Origin: Myxococcales bacterium
GTDB lineage: Bacteria; Myxococcota_A; UBA9042; JABWCM01; BTVJ01
Direction: 5' to 3'
DNA length: 64,000 bases
NCBI GenBank assembly: GCA_045863395.1
Contig: BTVJ01000004.1
Location: forward strand, 96,001-160,000
Both the position numbers and the translations under genes were made by a program. The notes beneath the pieces were generated by a model. It saw only the letters and a program-made list of their open reading frames with translations. It ran no database searches and had not been told where the DNA came from. Of this stretch, positions 18,148 to 28,600 are shown in pieces. Position 1 is the first letter of the stretch. Every line of letters starts with the position of its first letter.

Positions 18148-20106
18148 ATGGCGCGCTGGTTGGTCCTGCTCCCGCTGCTCGCTGCGTGCGGATCCACGCC
18201 CTCCCCCGAGCACCACGCCTTCGCCGTGATGACGGACTGCGCGTCCTGCCACCTGGACCGCTGGAAGGCGTCCGAGCAGCCTCCCCACTCGGCGCTGGAC
18301 CTCCCCAAGGCGTGCGGGGACTGCCACACCACGGCCGGGTGGCCCGGAGCGAGCTTCGACATCCACGACCAGTTCTTCGTGCTGGACGGGCGGCACACGT
18401 CCCTGGACTGCAAGGACTGCCACGTGGGCGGCCAGTACACGGGCACCGCGGCGGAGTGCTTCGCGTGCCACGCGGCGGCCTACGAGGGCGCGGACGCTCA
18501 CCAGGACCGCGGCTACCCCCACGGGTGCGGCCGCTGCCACAAGACGAGCGGCTGGGAGCCCCCGACCTGGAAGGGCCACGGCTGGCCCCTGACGGGCAAG
18601 CACGCCAAGACGAAGTGCTCCGCCTGCCACGCGAACGAGGTCTGGGAGGGGACGCCGAGCACGTGCGCCGGCTGCCACCTGCCCGACTATCAGGGGGCGG
18701 CCGACCCGGACCATGTGGCCGCGAGCTTCCCTCAGACCTGCGAGGTGTGCCACGGGACGAGCGCCTGGGAGCCCGCCACGTACTCGGGGCACGACGACGT
18801 CTGGCCGCTCTTGGGCAAGCACCAGACGGCGCCGTGCGCCTCTTGCCACACGGGGGGCGTGTACTCCGGCACCCCGCGGGAGTGCAAGGGCTGCCACCTG
18901 CCCGACTACCAGGGAGCCAAAGACCCGGACCACGTGACGGCGGGCTACCCCACGTCCTGCGAGGTCTGCCACACGCCGGCGGCGTGGAAGCCCGCGAGCT
19001 TCGACGGACACGACACCTACTGGCCCCTGACGGGCAAGCACGAGGCCACGGTGTGTGGGTCCTGCCACGTGGGCGGCGTCTACGCCGGGACCCCGCGGGA
19101 GTGCAAGGGCTGCCACCTGCCGGACTACTCAGGCGCCAACGACCCGGACCACGTGGCCGCGGCCTTCCCCCAGACCTGTGACATCTGCCACTCGACGGCG
19201 GCCTGGGAGCCCGCCAGCTTCGCGGGCCACGACGCCTACTGGGCGCTGACCGGAAAGCACAAGGCCACGGAGTGTGGGTCGTGTCACGTGGGGGGCGTGT
19301 ACGCCGGCACCCCGCGGGAGTGCAAGGGCTGCCACCTGCCCGACTACTCAGCCGCCAAGGACCCGGACCACGTGGCCACAGGCTTCCCCCAGACGTGCGA
19401 CACCTGCCACTCCACGGCCGCGTGGGAGCCCGCGAGCTACGAGGGCCACGACGCCTACTGGGCCCTGACGGGCAAGCACAAGACCACGGCCTGTGGGTCC
19501 TGCCATGTGGGCGGCGTCTACGCCGGCACTCCGAAGCAGTGCGAGGGCTGCCACCTGCCGGACTACCAGGGGGCGGCGGACCCGGACCACGTGGCCTCGA
19601 GCTTCCCCAAGACCTGCGACACCTGCCACACCACCGCGGCCTGGGAGCCGGCGGCTTTTGGGGACCACGACGCCTTCTGGCCGTTGACCGGCAAGCACCA
19701 GACCACCTCGTGCGCGTCCTGCCACGCGGGGGGCGTCTACGCCGGCACCCCCAAGCAGTGCCAGGGCTGCCACACGCCCGACTGGACCGCCGCGGCCGAC
19801 CCGAGCCACAGCAAGCTCGCGCTTCCCAAGACCTGCGAGACGTGCCACACGACCAGCGGTTGGGCGACGACGAAGTTCCCCGGGCATGACACGCTGTTCC
19901 CGATCACGAGCGGCAAGCACAGTTTCTCGTGCGCGAGCTGCCACAAGGGAGCCACCTGGAGCGTGTTCACCTGCGTCGGCTGCCACGCCCTGTCCCAGAT
20001 GAACGCGAAGCACCTCGGGGAGGTCGGCAACTACCAGGCCACGCTCAACGCCGCGCCGACCGTCGACCACGGGTGCCTGAAGTGCCACCCGAAGGGAGAT
20101 GACTGA
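18148..20106 (+). CDS. Lipoprotein multiheme c-type cytochrome, 26 CxxCH, built from tandem tri-heme modules
   Basis: GGAGGG RBS, lipobox LAAC, 26 CxxCH motifs, 73-aa repeat. Confidence 0.92.
   Translation: MARWLVLLPLLAACGSTPSPEHHAFAVMTDCASCHLDRWKASEQPPHSALDLPKACGDCHTTAGWPGASFDIHDQFFVLDGRHTSLDCKDCHVGGQYTGTAAECFACHAAAYEGADAHQDRGYPHGCGRCHKTSGWEPPTWKGHGWPLTGKHAKTKCSACHANEVWEGTPSTCAGCHLPDYQGAADPDHVAASFPQTCEVCHGTSAWEPATYSGHDDVWPLLGKHQTAPCASCHTGGVYSGTPRECKGCHLPDYQGAKDPDHVTAGYPTSCEVCHTPAAWKPASFDGHDTYWPLTGKHEATVCGSCHVGGVYAGTPRECKGCHLPDYSGANDPDHVAAAFPQTCDICHSTAAWEPASFAGHDAYWALTGKHKATECGSCHVGGVYAGTPRECKGCHLPDYSAAKDPDHVATGFPQTCDTCHSTAAWEPASYEGHDAYWALTGKHKTTACGSCHVGGVYAGTPKQCEGCHLPDYQGAADPDHVASSFPKTCDTCHTTAAWEPAAFGDHDAFWPLTGKHQTTSCASCHAGGVYAGTPKQCQGCHTPDWTAAADPSHSKLALPKTCETCHTTSGWATTKFPGHDTLFPITSGKHSFSCASCHKGATWSVFTCVGCHALSQMNAKHLGEVGNYQATLNAAPTVDHGCLKCHPKGDD
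18580..19900 (+). repeat. Coding tandem repeat, 219-bp (73-aa) period, about 6 copies
   Basis: The unit W(P/A)LTGKH....CxSCHxGGVYAGTPxxCxGCHLPDY..A.DPDHV...FPxTCxxCH...WEPA...GHD recurs. Shadow ORFs start at 19055, 19274 and 19493, a spacing of 219. Confidence 0.9.
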
Positions 20107-21729
20107 ATGGCCCGGCTGCTCGCAGGGATCGCGCTCGTGCTGCTCGCGCAGAGCGCGTGGGCCGGTGAGATCACCGGCGTCCGGCGCGGGGTGGTGTACG
20201 TGTCGCTGGGCTCCGCGGACGGGGTCTCGGAGGGGACGCGCCTCGCCGCTGCGGGCGCGGTGCTGGAGGCCACGGAGGTCGGCGAGCGCCAGTGCGCGAC
20301 CAAGGTGGTCGAGGGGGCGACGCCGCCCGTCGGCGCGGTGGTGGACGCCCCGCAGCAGGCCCAGCCCGAGACCGGTCGCAAGCCGCCGCGTGTGCTGCCG
20401 GCGCCGGAGCGGCTCGCAGAGCGCGCCGGGGACGACCTGGTCCGGGACCTGGGCGCCCTGCCCCGCCCCAAGGTGGTACACGCGGTCGGGGAGAGACCGG
20501 CCCGCGAGACGACGATCCACGGCGACGTGCAGGTGAGCTGGGTGGGGCTCTTCGACACGGACCCACAGCAGCGCCAGGACCTGGGCCTGCACGCGGTGCG
20601 GGTGCGAAGTCGCTTGACGGCGGGCGACATGGGCGGCCTGCCCCTGTCGTGGGCGCACGACGTGGGCTTCCGCGGCGACTTCGGCCCCAACCTGGGGGGG
20701 AGGGGCGGCGCCGACTCCCGGCCGTGGGTCGAGGCGCGGCGGGCAGCGCTGACCTGGGCGCCGGCCGGTGCCACCGTGAGTGGTGGCCGCCTGCTCATGC
20801 CGCTGCCCGTGCAAGGGGGGATCCTCGACGGCGCGTCCGTGGAGGCCGACCTCGGCAGCGTCCGCCTCGGCGCCTACGGTGGCCTGAGCCCGGACCTCAT
20901 GGACCTCGCCCCCGCCGCCGACGTGGGACGCTTCGGCGTGAGCGCGGACTGGCTCGGGGACCTGGACGCCGTGGACGTGCAGGTGAGCGCGGCCGTCGGG
21001 GGCTCCACGTGGCAGGGTGAGCTGGACCGGACGGCGCTGTCCCTCTCGACGGGCGTGTTCGCCGGACCGCTGCTGACCGTCCTCGGGGACGTGACCCTGG
21101 ACGCCTGGACCCAACACAACCCCGCGGACCGCCCCCCCGTCGACCTGACCGAGGCGTTCGTCGTCGTGCAGAGCCGCCCCCTGGACTGGCTCACCCTGGA
21201 CGCCCACTACGCCTTCAGCCGCGAGGCGCTCACCCGCGAGCTGGCCGCCCGGTGGCCGGAGCTGCTGGAGACTCCGGCGATGGAGCCCTCCCACGTCGCG
21301 TGGCTCCAGGCGACGGTCCGCCCGCTGCCATGGCTGTCGGTGGGCCAGGCAGGAGGAGCCGGCTTCGGCGCGGAGTGGGCGGAGGGCTGGTGGCTCCGGA
21401 GCCGCCTCGATCTGCTCCGGCTCCCAGTCACGGGCACGGACCTCCACGTCGGGTACTCCTGGCAGCAGACGGTGGCGACCCGCGTCCAGGTCGCCAGCCT
21501 GCGCATCGGGCAGCCCCTGACCGACGAGGTGCAGCTCACGGCGGGCTACGCCTTCGTCACGAGCCAGCTCCGGCGCCTGGACGAGCGCTACGACCAGCAC
21601 GAGGTGGAGGCGGGCGTCTCCGCCTGGCTCCCCTTTGGCCTCACGGCGGACGTGTCGGGGACTGTGCTGCTGGACGAGGCGCTTGGCCCGGTCATCGTCG
21701 CAGCGGTGCATGGCGGGTGGAGGTTCTAG
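20107..21729 (+). CDS. Probable outer-membrane beta-barrel (porin partner of the multiheme cytochromes)
   Basis: Signal peptide (AWA), many alternating amphipathic strands, aromatic C-terminus GGWRF. Starts immediately after the cytochrome stop codon. Confidence 0.7.
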   Translation: MARLLAGIALVLLAQSAWAGEITGVRRGVVYVSLGSADGVSEGTRLAAAGAVLEATEVGERQCATKVVEGATPPVGAVVDAPQQAQPETGRKPPRVLPAPERLAERAGDDLVRDLGALPRPKVVHAVGERPARETTIHGDVQVSWVGLFDTDPQQRQDLGLHAVRVRSRLTAGDMGGLPLSWAHDVGFRGDFGPNLGGRGGADSRPWVEARRAALTWAPAGATVSGGRLLMPLPVQGGILDGASVEADLGSVRLGAYGGLSPDLMDLAPAADVGRFGVSADWLGDLDAVDVQVSAAVGGSTWQGELDRTALSLSTGVFAGPLLTVLGDVTLDAWTQHNPADRPPVDLTEAFVVVQSRPLDWLTLDAHYAFSREALTRELAARWPELLETPAMEPSHVAWLQATVRPLPWLSVGQAGGAGFGAEWAEGWWLRSRLDLLRLPVTGTDLHVGYSWQQTVATRVQVASLRIGQPLTDEVQLTAGYAFVTSQLRRLDERYDQHEVEAGVSAWLPFGLTADVSGTVLLDEALGPVIVAAVHGGWRF

Positions 21730-21731
21730 GC

Positions 21732-22643
21732 GTGGCTCACAAGGGCGCAGACGTCCCAACACGGCGCCTGGGCGCAGGCCGCAAGCTCTTCGTGGCGGCG
21801 CTGCTGCTGGTCGGCGCGGGCACGGCCGCGGTGCTTGCCGAGCGCGGCTGGGACTACTACGGCATGAACGCCTGGGAGCGGGCGGAGCGCCCCGACCTGG
21901 CAACGCTCGGGTCGAGCGGCGCCGCGGGCCTGGCCTACGGCATCGCCGGAACGGCGCTGATCCTCGTCAACCTCACCTACCTGCTCCGGCGCCACGTCCC
22001 GTTCATGCGGCAGGCGGGCAGCCTGCGCACCTGGATGGAGCTCCACGTGCTGACCGGCCTGCTCGGCCCCCTGCTGGTGCTCTTCCACTCGGCCTTCGAG
22101 CTGCGGACGGAGCTCGCCACCGGCGCCCTCAGCGCGCTCGGCGTCCTGGTGGTCACGGGCATCGTGGGCCGCTACATCTACGCCCAGGTCCCGCGAACCG
22201 TGTCAGGCGCCGAGGCGGGCCCCCAGGCGCTGTCCGTCCGAGCGGACCAGGCGGAGGCAGCCCTGGCGCGGGCGCTGGGCCCCGGCTCCCCCCACCTGGA
22301 CGCAATCCGTGCGCTCGCGGGCCGCGAGAACCCCGTGCCCCGGAGCCGCCTCCTGTGCCTCCTCATGCTCCCCGTGATCTCCGCCCGGACGCTGGGCGTG
22401 CGCCTCGCCATCCGGTCGCTGGGGCGGCGCATCGCGCGAGACTGCGAGAGCGGGGTCGACACGGGCGCCGTGCTCGCGGACCTGGAGGACGTGGTCCTCA
22501 TCCGCCAGCGCCTCCAGGCCCTGGAGACCTTCCGCGAGCTGATGCGCTGGTGGCGCGGCCTCCACCGGGCCTTCGCGATCCTCATGTTCGCCGCCGCTCT
22601 GGTTCACATCGCCGTGGTGACGGCGCTCGGCTACGGGCTGTAG
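21732..22643 (+). CDS. Inner-membrane protein with 4 intramembrane His (ferric-reductase/cytochrome b-like)
   Basis: TM helices with WMELHVLTG..LVLFHS and WWRGLH..AALVHI, plus GIVGRYIY. GTG start at 21732. Confidence 0.7.
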   Translation: MAHKGADVPTRRLGAGRKLFVAALLLVGAGTAAVLAERGWDYYGMNAWERAERPDLATLGSSGAAGLAYGIAGTALILVNLTYLLRRHVPFMRQAGSLRTWMELHVLTGLLGPLLVLFHSAFELRTELATGALSALGVLVVTGIVGRYIYAQVPRTVSGAEAGPQALSVRADQAEAALARALGPGSPHLDAIRALAGRENPVPRSRLLCLLMLPVISARTLGVRLAIRSLGRRIARDCESGVDTGAVLADLEDVVLIRQRLQALETFRELMRWWRGLHRAFAILMFAAALVHIAVVTALGYGL

Positions 22644-22652
22644 GGAGGCACC

Positions 22653-22907
22653 ATGCGCACGCTGTCGATGCTCTCGGTGCTCGCCGCCCTGCTGGCGGGG
22701 TGCGAAGACGACCAGCGCTTCTCCCCGCCCGGGCTCCCCGGCGCCTGCAATCCTGAACAACGAGCCTGCTACGACCACCCCCAGGACGGTCGCCCCATCC
22801 TGCTGCGCTGCAACGACGGGTCGGTCAAGGGGGCCGTGTGGGTCGTGGACCGGGTCTGCGCGGAGGGCGAGGTGTGCGAGCAGGCCGCCTGCGCCCCGGT
22901 GGGGTGA
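22653..22907 (+). CDS. Small Cys-rich lipoprotein
   Basis: GGAGG RBS, lipobox LAGC, six further Cys. Confidence 0.7.
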   Translation: MRTLSMLSVLAALLAGCEDDQRFSPPGLPGACNPEQRACYDHPQDGRPILLRCNDGSVKGAVWVVDRVCAEGEVCEQAACAPVG

Positions 22908-23238
22908 CGTGTCACGAATCGAGGAGCGCGTAGACCGGACGCTCGGGGGGCAGGGAGACCGTGTGGCAGGCGTCCGATGCTCCTGAGGCATCGCGGCGCC
23001 ACGGGGGCCCGCGCACGCCATCGCAGGTGCCGTTGGGACCGAGGCTGATCCGAACCACGACGCCCTCCGCCTCGTGGTGGAGCCGACAGGGTCGCCGCAG
23101 CCTTGCCCCTCCCCGAACGGGACCGCGATCTCTGCTCGGCGCGCAGACGCTGCGCCCCAGGACGACCAGCCTCCGTGACGCCGTGCGCCCCGACGCTGCG
23201 CCGGGAGGGTCGCCTCAGGGGCGCTCCGCAACCGGCCC

Positions 23239-25101
23239 CTACCGCCCCACGACCAGGTGCAGGTTCGCGGCTGACCCGCTCTGGTTCTCGATCTCCACCG
23301 TATTGATCGTCTTGCGCACCCGCAGGTCCTTCGGCGGGTCGTTGCCCCACAGCTCGATCTCGTTGGCGCCGTTGTTCACCGTCGACCAGACGCTCAACAC
23401 CGTGATGGTCACCTGGTTGGTCACCACGGGGGCCAGGTCATACAGGTTGGTCCCCTGGCTGTTTGCCAGCGTGACCGTCTGGATGCTCCCGTCCGAGAAG
23501 TTGAGCCGGATGTCCTTGTTCCACTCGCAGGAGCAGCCGCGCTGCTTGTAGCCGATCTTGCGGAGCTGGTAGTTCTTGTCGAGCTTGATGGTCAGCCACG
23601 AACCCACTCCCTGGCCGTTGGTCGCCCAGGCATCGGTCGCGCCGTCGTTGTAGGCGCCGTCCACGGCGTTGCTGCACCCGTAGGAGCCGTTGATCCCCGC
23701 GCCCTGGTAGGCCGACGACTGGCCGATGCAGGTGCCACCCTTGGCCGCGGACGCCACGTTCATCAACTCGGAGCCCGCGGTGTCTGAGCCGGTGATCGCG
23801 TCCCACTTGCCGTCGGCCGCCTGCACCCACGCCGAGACGAGGACGTCGAGGGTCCCGAGCCCGTGGGTCAGCACCAGGCTCTGCCCGCTGGCCACCGACG
23901 TCGGGCCCGCGGTCAGCAGGCTCGTCGAGGTAGTGGGGCCCACGTCCTTCCACCCCCCCGCGCCGTAGGTCTGGAGCGTGTCCGTCGTCGTGTTGTAGAC
24001 CAGGAGCCCTGCCGTCGGGCCGGCGATGGAGTTGCGCTGGGCCGTCGTCACGCGCGGCGGAAGGAGCCCCCGCGTCACGGACCGCACCTCCAGCAGGGCC
24101 GCCGCGTGGGGCGTCGTCCCGGACCCGTCGTTGACCAGGAGGCCCGCCCCACCCGGGCCGATCAGAGCGCCCGCCGCCGTGAGCTGCCCCACGCTGGCCG
24201 CGCCGGACACGGCCAGGTCGCCGCCCGAGACCGTGAAGGTGCCGTAGGAGGTGCCGCCGCCGAGCTGGAGCGGGCGCCAGGCGTCGTTGTTGGGGCTCCG
24301 GATCCGCAGCCCGCTCGCCGCCTGGGCGTTGAGCCAGCCGTCACCGTGGTCGGCGAGCGCCGCGTCCCGCACGAAGACCGCGCAGCCCGGCGCGCCGCTG
24401 GTGCATGCGTAGACGGCGCCGGCCGCGGAGAGCTGGCCCGTCGCGAGGGCCGACGCCAGGTCGCTGCTGCCGACGCAGCCCGTACAGGCCACGTCCACGG
24501 CAGGCCCGCCCGCGGTGACCGCACCCGCGTATGCGAAGCCGACCTTGGCGGTGGTCACCGCGCCGTCTTGAAGGTGCCCTGTCGCGACGGCGCCCCCCGC
24601 GAGGTCCGTCGACGACACGCACCCGGAGCAGTCCAGGTCCAGGGCGGCACCCCCCTTGCTCGCCGCCGCAGCCCAGGGGAAGTTGACGTGCGCAGAGGTC
24701 ACGCACCCTGAGCAGGAGAGGTCGAGGGCGACCAGCGCCCGCCTCGCGAGCAGGGCCGTCGCCACTGGCCGCATGGGCCGCCGGGGGAGCGGCTCCCCGG
24801 CCACCACGGTCTCCAGCCAGAGCACGCCCCCCTCGACGACCCCCTCGGGCACTGGCCCCAGCTCCACGTCGAAGAGCCCCGCCACGACGCTGACGCCGGG
24901 GACGGTCTGGGCGTAGAGGGGAGCCCCCCCGGTCTCCGCCCCGAACAGGCGGATCTCCATGTCGAAGTCACCGTTGGCCGGCGTCCCCCCGGACGTCATC
25001 ACGCTGCCCTGGACGCCCAGCACGCGCGTCGGGTCGACCTGCGCATGGGAGACGCTCGCCATGGCCAGCAGGATCACAGGGACCAGGAACCGGACGGTCA
25101 T
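23239..25101 (-). CDS. Secreted fibre-like protein with a C-terminal discoidin/F5-8 type C-like domain
   Basis: GAGGAG RBS and signal peptide. About 300 aa are clearly paralogous to the 4252 gene. RGLLPPRVTTAQR...GLLVYNTT fibre-type motif. The C-terminus reads NAVDG...W...WLTIKLDKNY...EIELWG. Confidence 0.75.
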   Translation of the reverse strand: MTVRFLVPVILLAMASVSHAQVDPTRVLGVQGSVMTSGGTPANGDFDMEIRLFGAETGGAPLYAQTVPGVSVVAGLFDVELGPVPEGVVEGGVLWLETVVAGEPLPRRPMRPVATALLARRALVALDLSCSGCVTSAHVNFPWAAAASKGGAALDLDCSGCVSSTDLAGGAVATGHLQDGAVTTAKVGFAYAGAVTAGGPAVDVACTGCVGSSDLASALATGQLSAAGAVYACTSGAPGCAVFVRDAALADHGDGWLNAQAASGLRIRSPNNDAWRPLQLGGGTSYGTFTVSGGDLAVSGAASVGQLTAAGALIGPGGAGLLVNDGSGTTPHAAALLEVRSVTRGLLPPRVTTAQRNSIAGPTAGLLVYNTTTDTLQTYGAGGWKDVGPTTSTSLLTAGPTSVASGQSLVLTHGLGTLDVLVSAWVQAADGKWDAITGSDTAGSELMNVASAAKGGTCIGQSSAYQGAGINGSYGCSNAVDGAYNDGATDAWATNGQGVGSWLTIKLDKNYQLRKIGYKQRGCSCEWNKDIRLNFSDGSIQTVTLANSQGTNLYDLAPVVTNQVTITVLSVWSTVNNGANEIELWGNDPPKDLRVRKTINTVEIENQSGSAANLHLVVGR

Positions 25102-25181
25102 GGCACATCTCCTCGCGTCCACGGTACGCCGCGGCGCAGCGCGCGGCGGCGTATGGGAGCGGTTCAGGTTCGAGGGGAGGC

Positions 25182-25190
25182 ATCATACCA
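25182..25190 (-). promoter_or_regulatory. Candidate extended -10 element (TGGTATGAT)
   Basis: TGnTATGAT on the minus strand about 80 nt upstream of the 25101 start. Confidence 0.35.
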
Positions 25191-25229
25191 CAGCCCGAGA
25201 CGCGGGGCCCACATGCGACGGCGGGAGAT

Positions 25230-25481
25230 CTACTTGGGCTGGGTCGTCGGCGTGCCGCCCGCCGGCTTGATGCCGCCGGGGGAGGTCGGGGTGCCCTTGA
25301 CGCCCCCGCCACCACCCTTCGTCGGGGGATCCGCACAGTAGAACGTGCCGCCGGCCGCCTCGTAGCGACAGACCTGGCCCTCTGGGCACTTGGGCTTGCA
25401 GTCTGCGCGAGCGATGCTGGCCGTCGCGACAAGGGTGGAGGCAACGAGGAGGCTCATGGCGAAACGGTTGAACATTCTCAC
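25230..25481 (-). CDS. Small secreted peptide with a 4-Cys core and a Gly/Pro/Lys-rich tail
   Basis: GGAGG 8 nt upstream of the GTG, signal peptide ending ARA, mature DCKPKCPEGQVC...FYC. A TTGACT-17-CATCGT element lies upstream. Confidence 0.65.
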   Translation of the reverse strand: MRMFNRFAMSLLVASTLVATASIARADCKPKCPEGQVCRYEAAGGTFYCADPPTKGGGGGVKGTPTSPGGIKPAGGTPTTQPK

Positions 25482-25680
25482 GGGTGGATCCTCCGAATCA
25501 GTGGTGCTGCCTGGTGAAACACCAATCGCCCGGGTGCTGCGCGCTGTGCGCCGCCTGGGCTCCTTCGCTCGTGGCAGCCTGGTTGACCGCCTGCTCTGTG
25601 AAGTGGTTGGACGATGCGCCGGATCGCACGAGGAGTCAAGCCACCTCTCTGCGTCGGTCCAACGAACGGGCCCGTCGGTG

Positions 25681-28600
25681 TCAAGAGCGGGCGTCCGAGG
25701 CCGGCGTCGTGTCCGTCGCGCGAACCTCGACCGCCCGCAGGGCGCCCCGCGCCCGCTCGACGATGAGGTAGAGGCAGGGCACCACCACCAGCGTGACCAG
25801 AGTGGAGGTGAGCAGGCCGCCGACCACCACGCGCGCCAGGGGGGCCTGGACCTCGCTGCCCTCGCCGGTGCCCGCGGCGAGGGGGAGCATCGCCAGCACG
25901 GTCGTCAGCGTGGTCATGAGGATGGGGCGCAGCCTCCGGGCCGTCGCCTCCTGCAGCGCCTCCACCAGCGGGCGGCCGTGGGCGCGGCGTGAGAGGTTCA
26001 CCGTGTCGACGAGCACGATGGCGTTGTTCACGACGACCCCCACGAGCACGATGGCGCCGAGGAAGGAGTTCATGTTGAAGGTGGTGTCGGTCACCACCAG
26101 CGTGACCACGACCCCGATGAACGCGAATGGCACGGCCGCCATGATGATCAGCGGGTGAAGCAGGGATTCGAACTGCACCGCCATCACGGTGTAGACCAGG
26201 AACAGGGCGAGCAGGATGCCGATGAGGAGCGTCAGGAAGGTCTCCTCCTGCTCCTCGTGCTCGCCGGCGATGCTCATGGTGAAGTCGTCAGGAACGGCGA
26301 CGCCCTCCAGGGCGCGGGCCAGGTCTGCCACGATGGCGCCCAGGGAGCGGTCGCCCACGGCCCCGAGGACGCGGACGATGCGCTCCTGGTTCTCACGCTC
26401 GATGGCATTGGGGGCGCTGCGCGGGACGGAGTCTGCGACGCTCTGGAGCGGTGTCGTCCCCCCGCCCGGCAGGTGCACGGGCAGCTGCCCGAGCTGCTCC
26501 ACGTCCCAGCGGTCCTCTGCGCGGAGCTGCACGCGCACGTCGAACTCGTCGCCCTGCTCCCGGAAGCGCGTGACCACCCGCCCGAGCACGTAGGTCTCCA
26601 GGGTCTCGGCGATGTCCGCGCGAAGCAGCCCCAGGTCCCCTGCCCTGGTCGCGTCCACGCGCACGGCGCGCTCCTCCAGCGAATTCTCCTTGTCCACGTA
26701 GGCGTTGCTCACCCCGGGGACGGACTCCATGAGCGCAATCACCCGCGCGGCCAGCCCCTCCGCCGTCTCCCGGTCGTGCCCCCGGATGTCGACGGCCAGC
26801 CGCTCGTCCTGGCCGCCGCGCATGATCCGCATGAGGATGTTGACGTTGCCCTGGCGCACTCGGATGTCGGCGCCGGGCATCCTGGCCAGCTCCTTGCGGA
26901 GCGCTGCCATGATCTCGTTGACTCCCCTCGCCCGCTGTGTGACGGGCACCAGGTTGATCTCCAGCTCGCCGACGTTGCTCCCCTCGGTGCGCCACCAGTT
27001 CTCGGGACCCGCTGACGTCATGATGCTCGCTACCTCGTGCTCCTCCATGACCGCCCGGGCGCGCCTCTCCAGCTCCAGCATCCAGGGGCCGGTGTGCTCG
27101 ATGGGGGTGCCCACGGGGAACTCGATGTCCGCGTCGATCTGCCCCTCGTCCGTGTCGGGCATGAGCTCATAGCCGATCAGCGGCACGAGCCTGGTGCTCG
27201 CGACCAGGAGCAGCGTGGCGAGGGCCAGTACGAACCACGGGGCACGCAGCGCGGCGCGGACGGTTGCCTGATATCCGCGATCCACCGCACCCAGAGCGGC
27301 GCCGATGCCGTTTGCGACCCAGGCGAGGGGCCCTCGCGGCGCCCCGACGGCGCCGATGAGCTTCGCGGAGACGCTCGGGACCAGGGTCACGGCGATCACG
27401 AGGGAGCAGAGCAGCGCGAAGGTGACCACCGCGGCCATCTCGCCGAAGAAGACGCTCGCGAAGCCGCCCATGAACACGACCGGGGCGAACACCACCATGG
27501 TCGTGAGAGTGCCGGCCACCACGGCGGACACGACCTCCTGGGCCCCCTCGATGGCGGCGCGCAGGATCGGGAGCCCCTCCTCTCGCTTGCGGTAGATGTT
27601 CTCAAGGATCACGATGCCGTTGTCGACCAGCATCCCGATCCCCAGCGCCAGCCCACCGAAGGAGATGACATTGAGCGTGAACCCGGAGAAGTACATGAGC
27701 CCCAGCGCGGCGAGCACGCTCAGGGGGATGGCGATGGCGATGACGAAGGTGGCGCGCACGTTCCGCAGGAAGACGAGCAGCACGAGCACCGCCAGCCCGG
27801 CGCCGGCGAGGGCCGAGGTCTGCACGTTGGACACGGATCGCCGGATGAAGTCGGACGAGTCGACGAGCATGGTCAGCAGGACCCGTCCGGCATACTCCCG
27901 GTTGATGCGCTCCATCTCCGCGCGCACCCGCGCCGCCACCTCCACGGTGTTTGCCCCGGACTGCTTGGAGATGGACAGGGCGATGCCCGGCTTGCCGTCG
28001 ACCCACTGCTCGGCGTTCTGCTCCTTGAACCCGTCCGTGACCGTCGCGACATCGTGAAGGTAGATGGGGCCCTTCTCCCGAATCGCGACCAGGGTGCCGG
28101 CGATCTCCTCCACCGACTCCCACTGCCCCACCGACCGCACCAACAACTGCCGCCCCGCAGACCGCATGTCTCCGGCCGAGACGTTGCGGTTCTCTCGGGT
28201 CAGGGCCGCCGAAATCTCCCGGGCCGAGACGTCGAGGGCGATCATCTGGGCGGCGTCCAGCTCCACACGAATCTCGCGGACACGCCCGCCCTGAACGCTC
28301 ACGCTCGCGACTCCCGGGACCCGCTCCAGGCGCCTGGACAGGGTCTCGTCCGCCAGGTAGCGGAGCCGCCGCGGGTCTCCCCCTCCGCTGACCCCGATCT
28401 CGGCGATGGGCACCGACGACAGATCGAACTTGAACACCACCGGCCGCTCGGCCTGGTCCGGCAAGGTGCTGCCGAGGCGGTCCATGTAGGCGCGCACGTC
28501 GTTCACCGCGTTGTCCAGATTGGTCCCCCACCCGAACTGCACCTGGATGCGGCTGATGCCCTCCGCCGAGGTCGACTCGATGGACTCGATGCCCTCGATG

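Noticed and set aside
18580..19900. Regular DNA repeats as a possible CRISPR array
   Set aside because: The period is 219 bp and in frame with the cytochrome, with no unique spacers and no cas genes. The TSP3 and Cys-rich repeats are likewise coding.
22908..23238. 330-bp gap between convergent genes as a small gene or ncRNA
   Set aside because: No ORF with a credible start and RBS, and no recognisable RNA motif.
25482..25680. Possible c-di-GMP-I riboswitch upstream of the small peptide (GACGCAGAG ... GGTCAACCAGGCTGCC on the minus strand)
   Set aside because: It lacks the GGCAAAC/GAAA tetraloop stem, and the region is better explained by a TTGACT-17-CATCGT promoter. An Infernal/Rfam scan would settle it.
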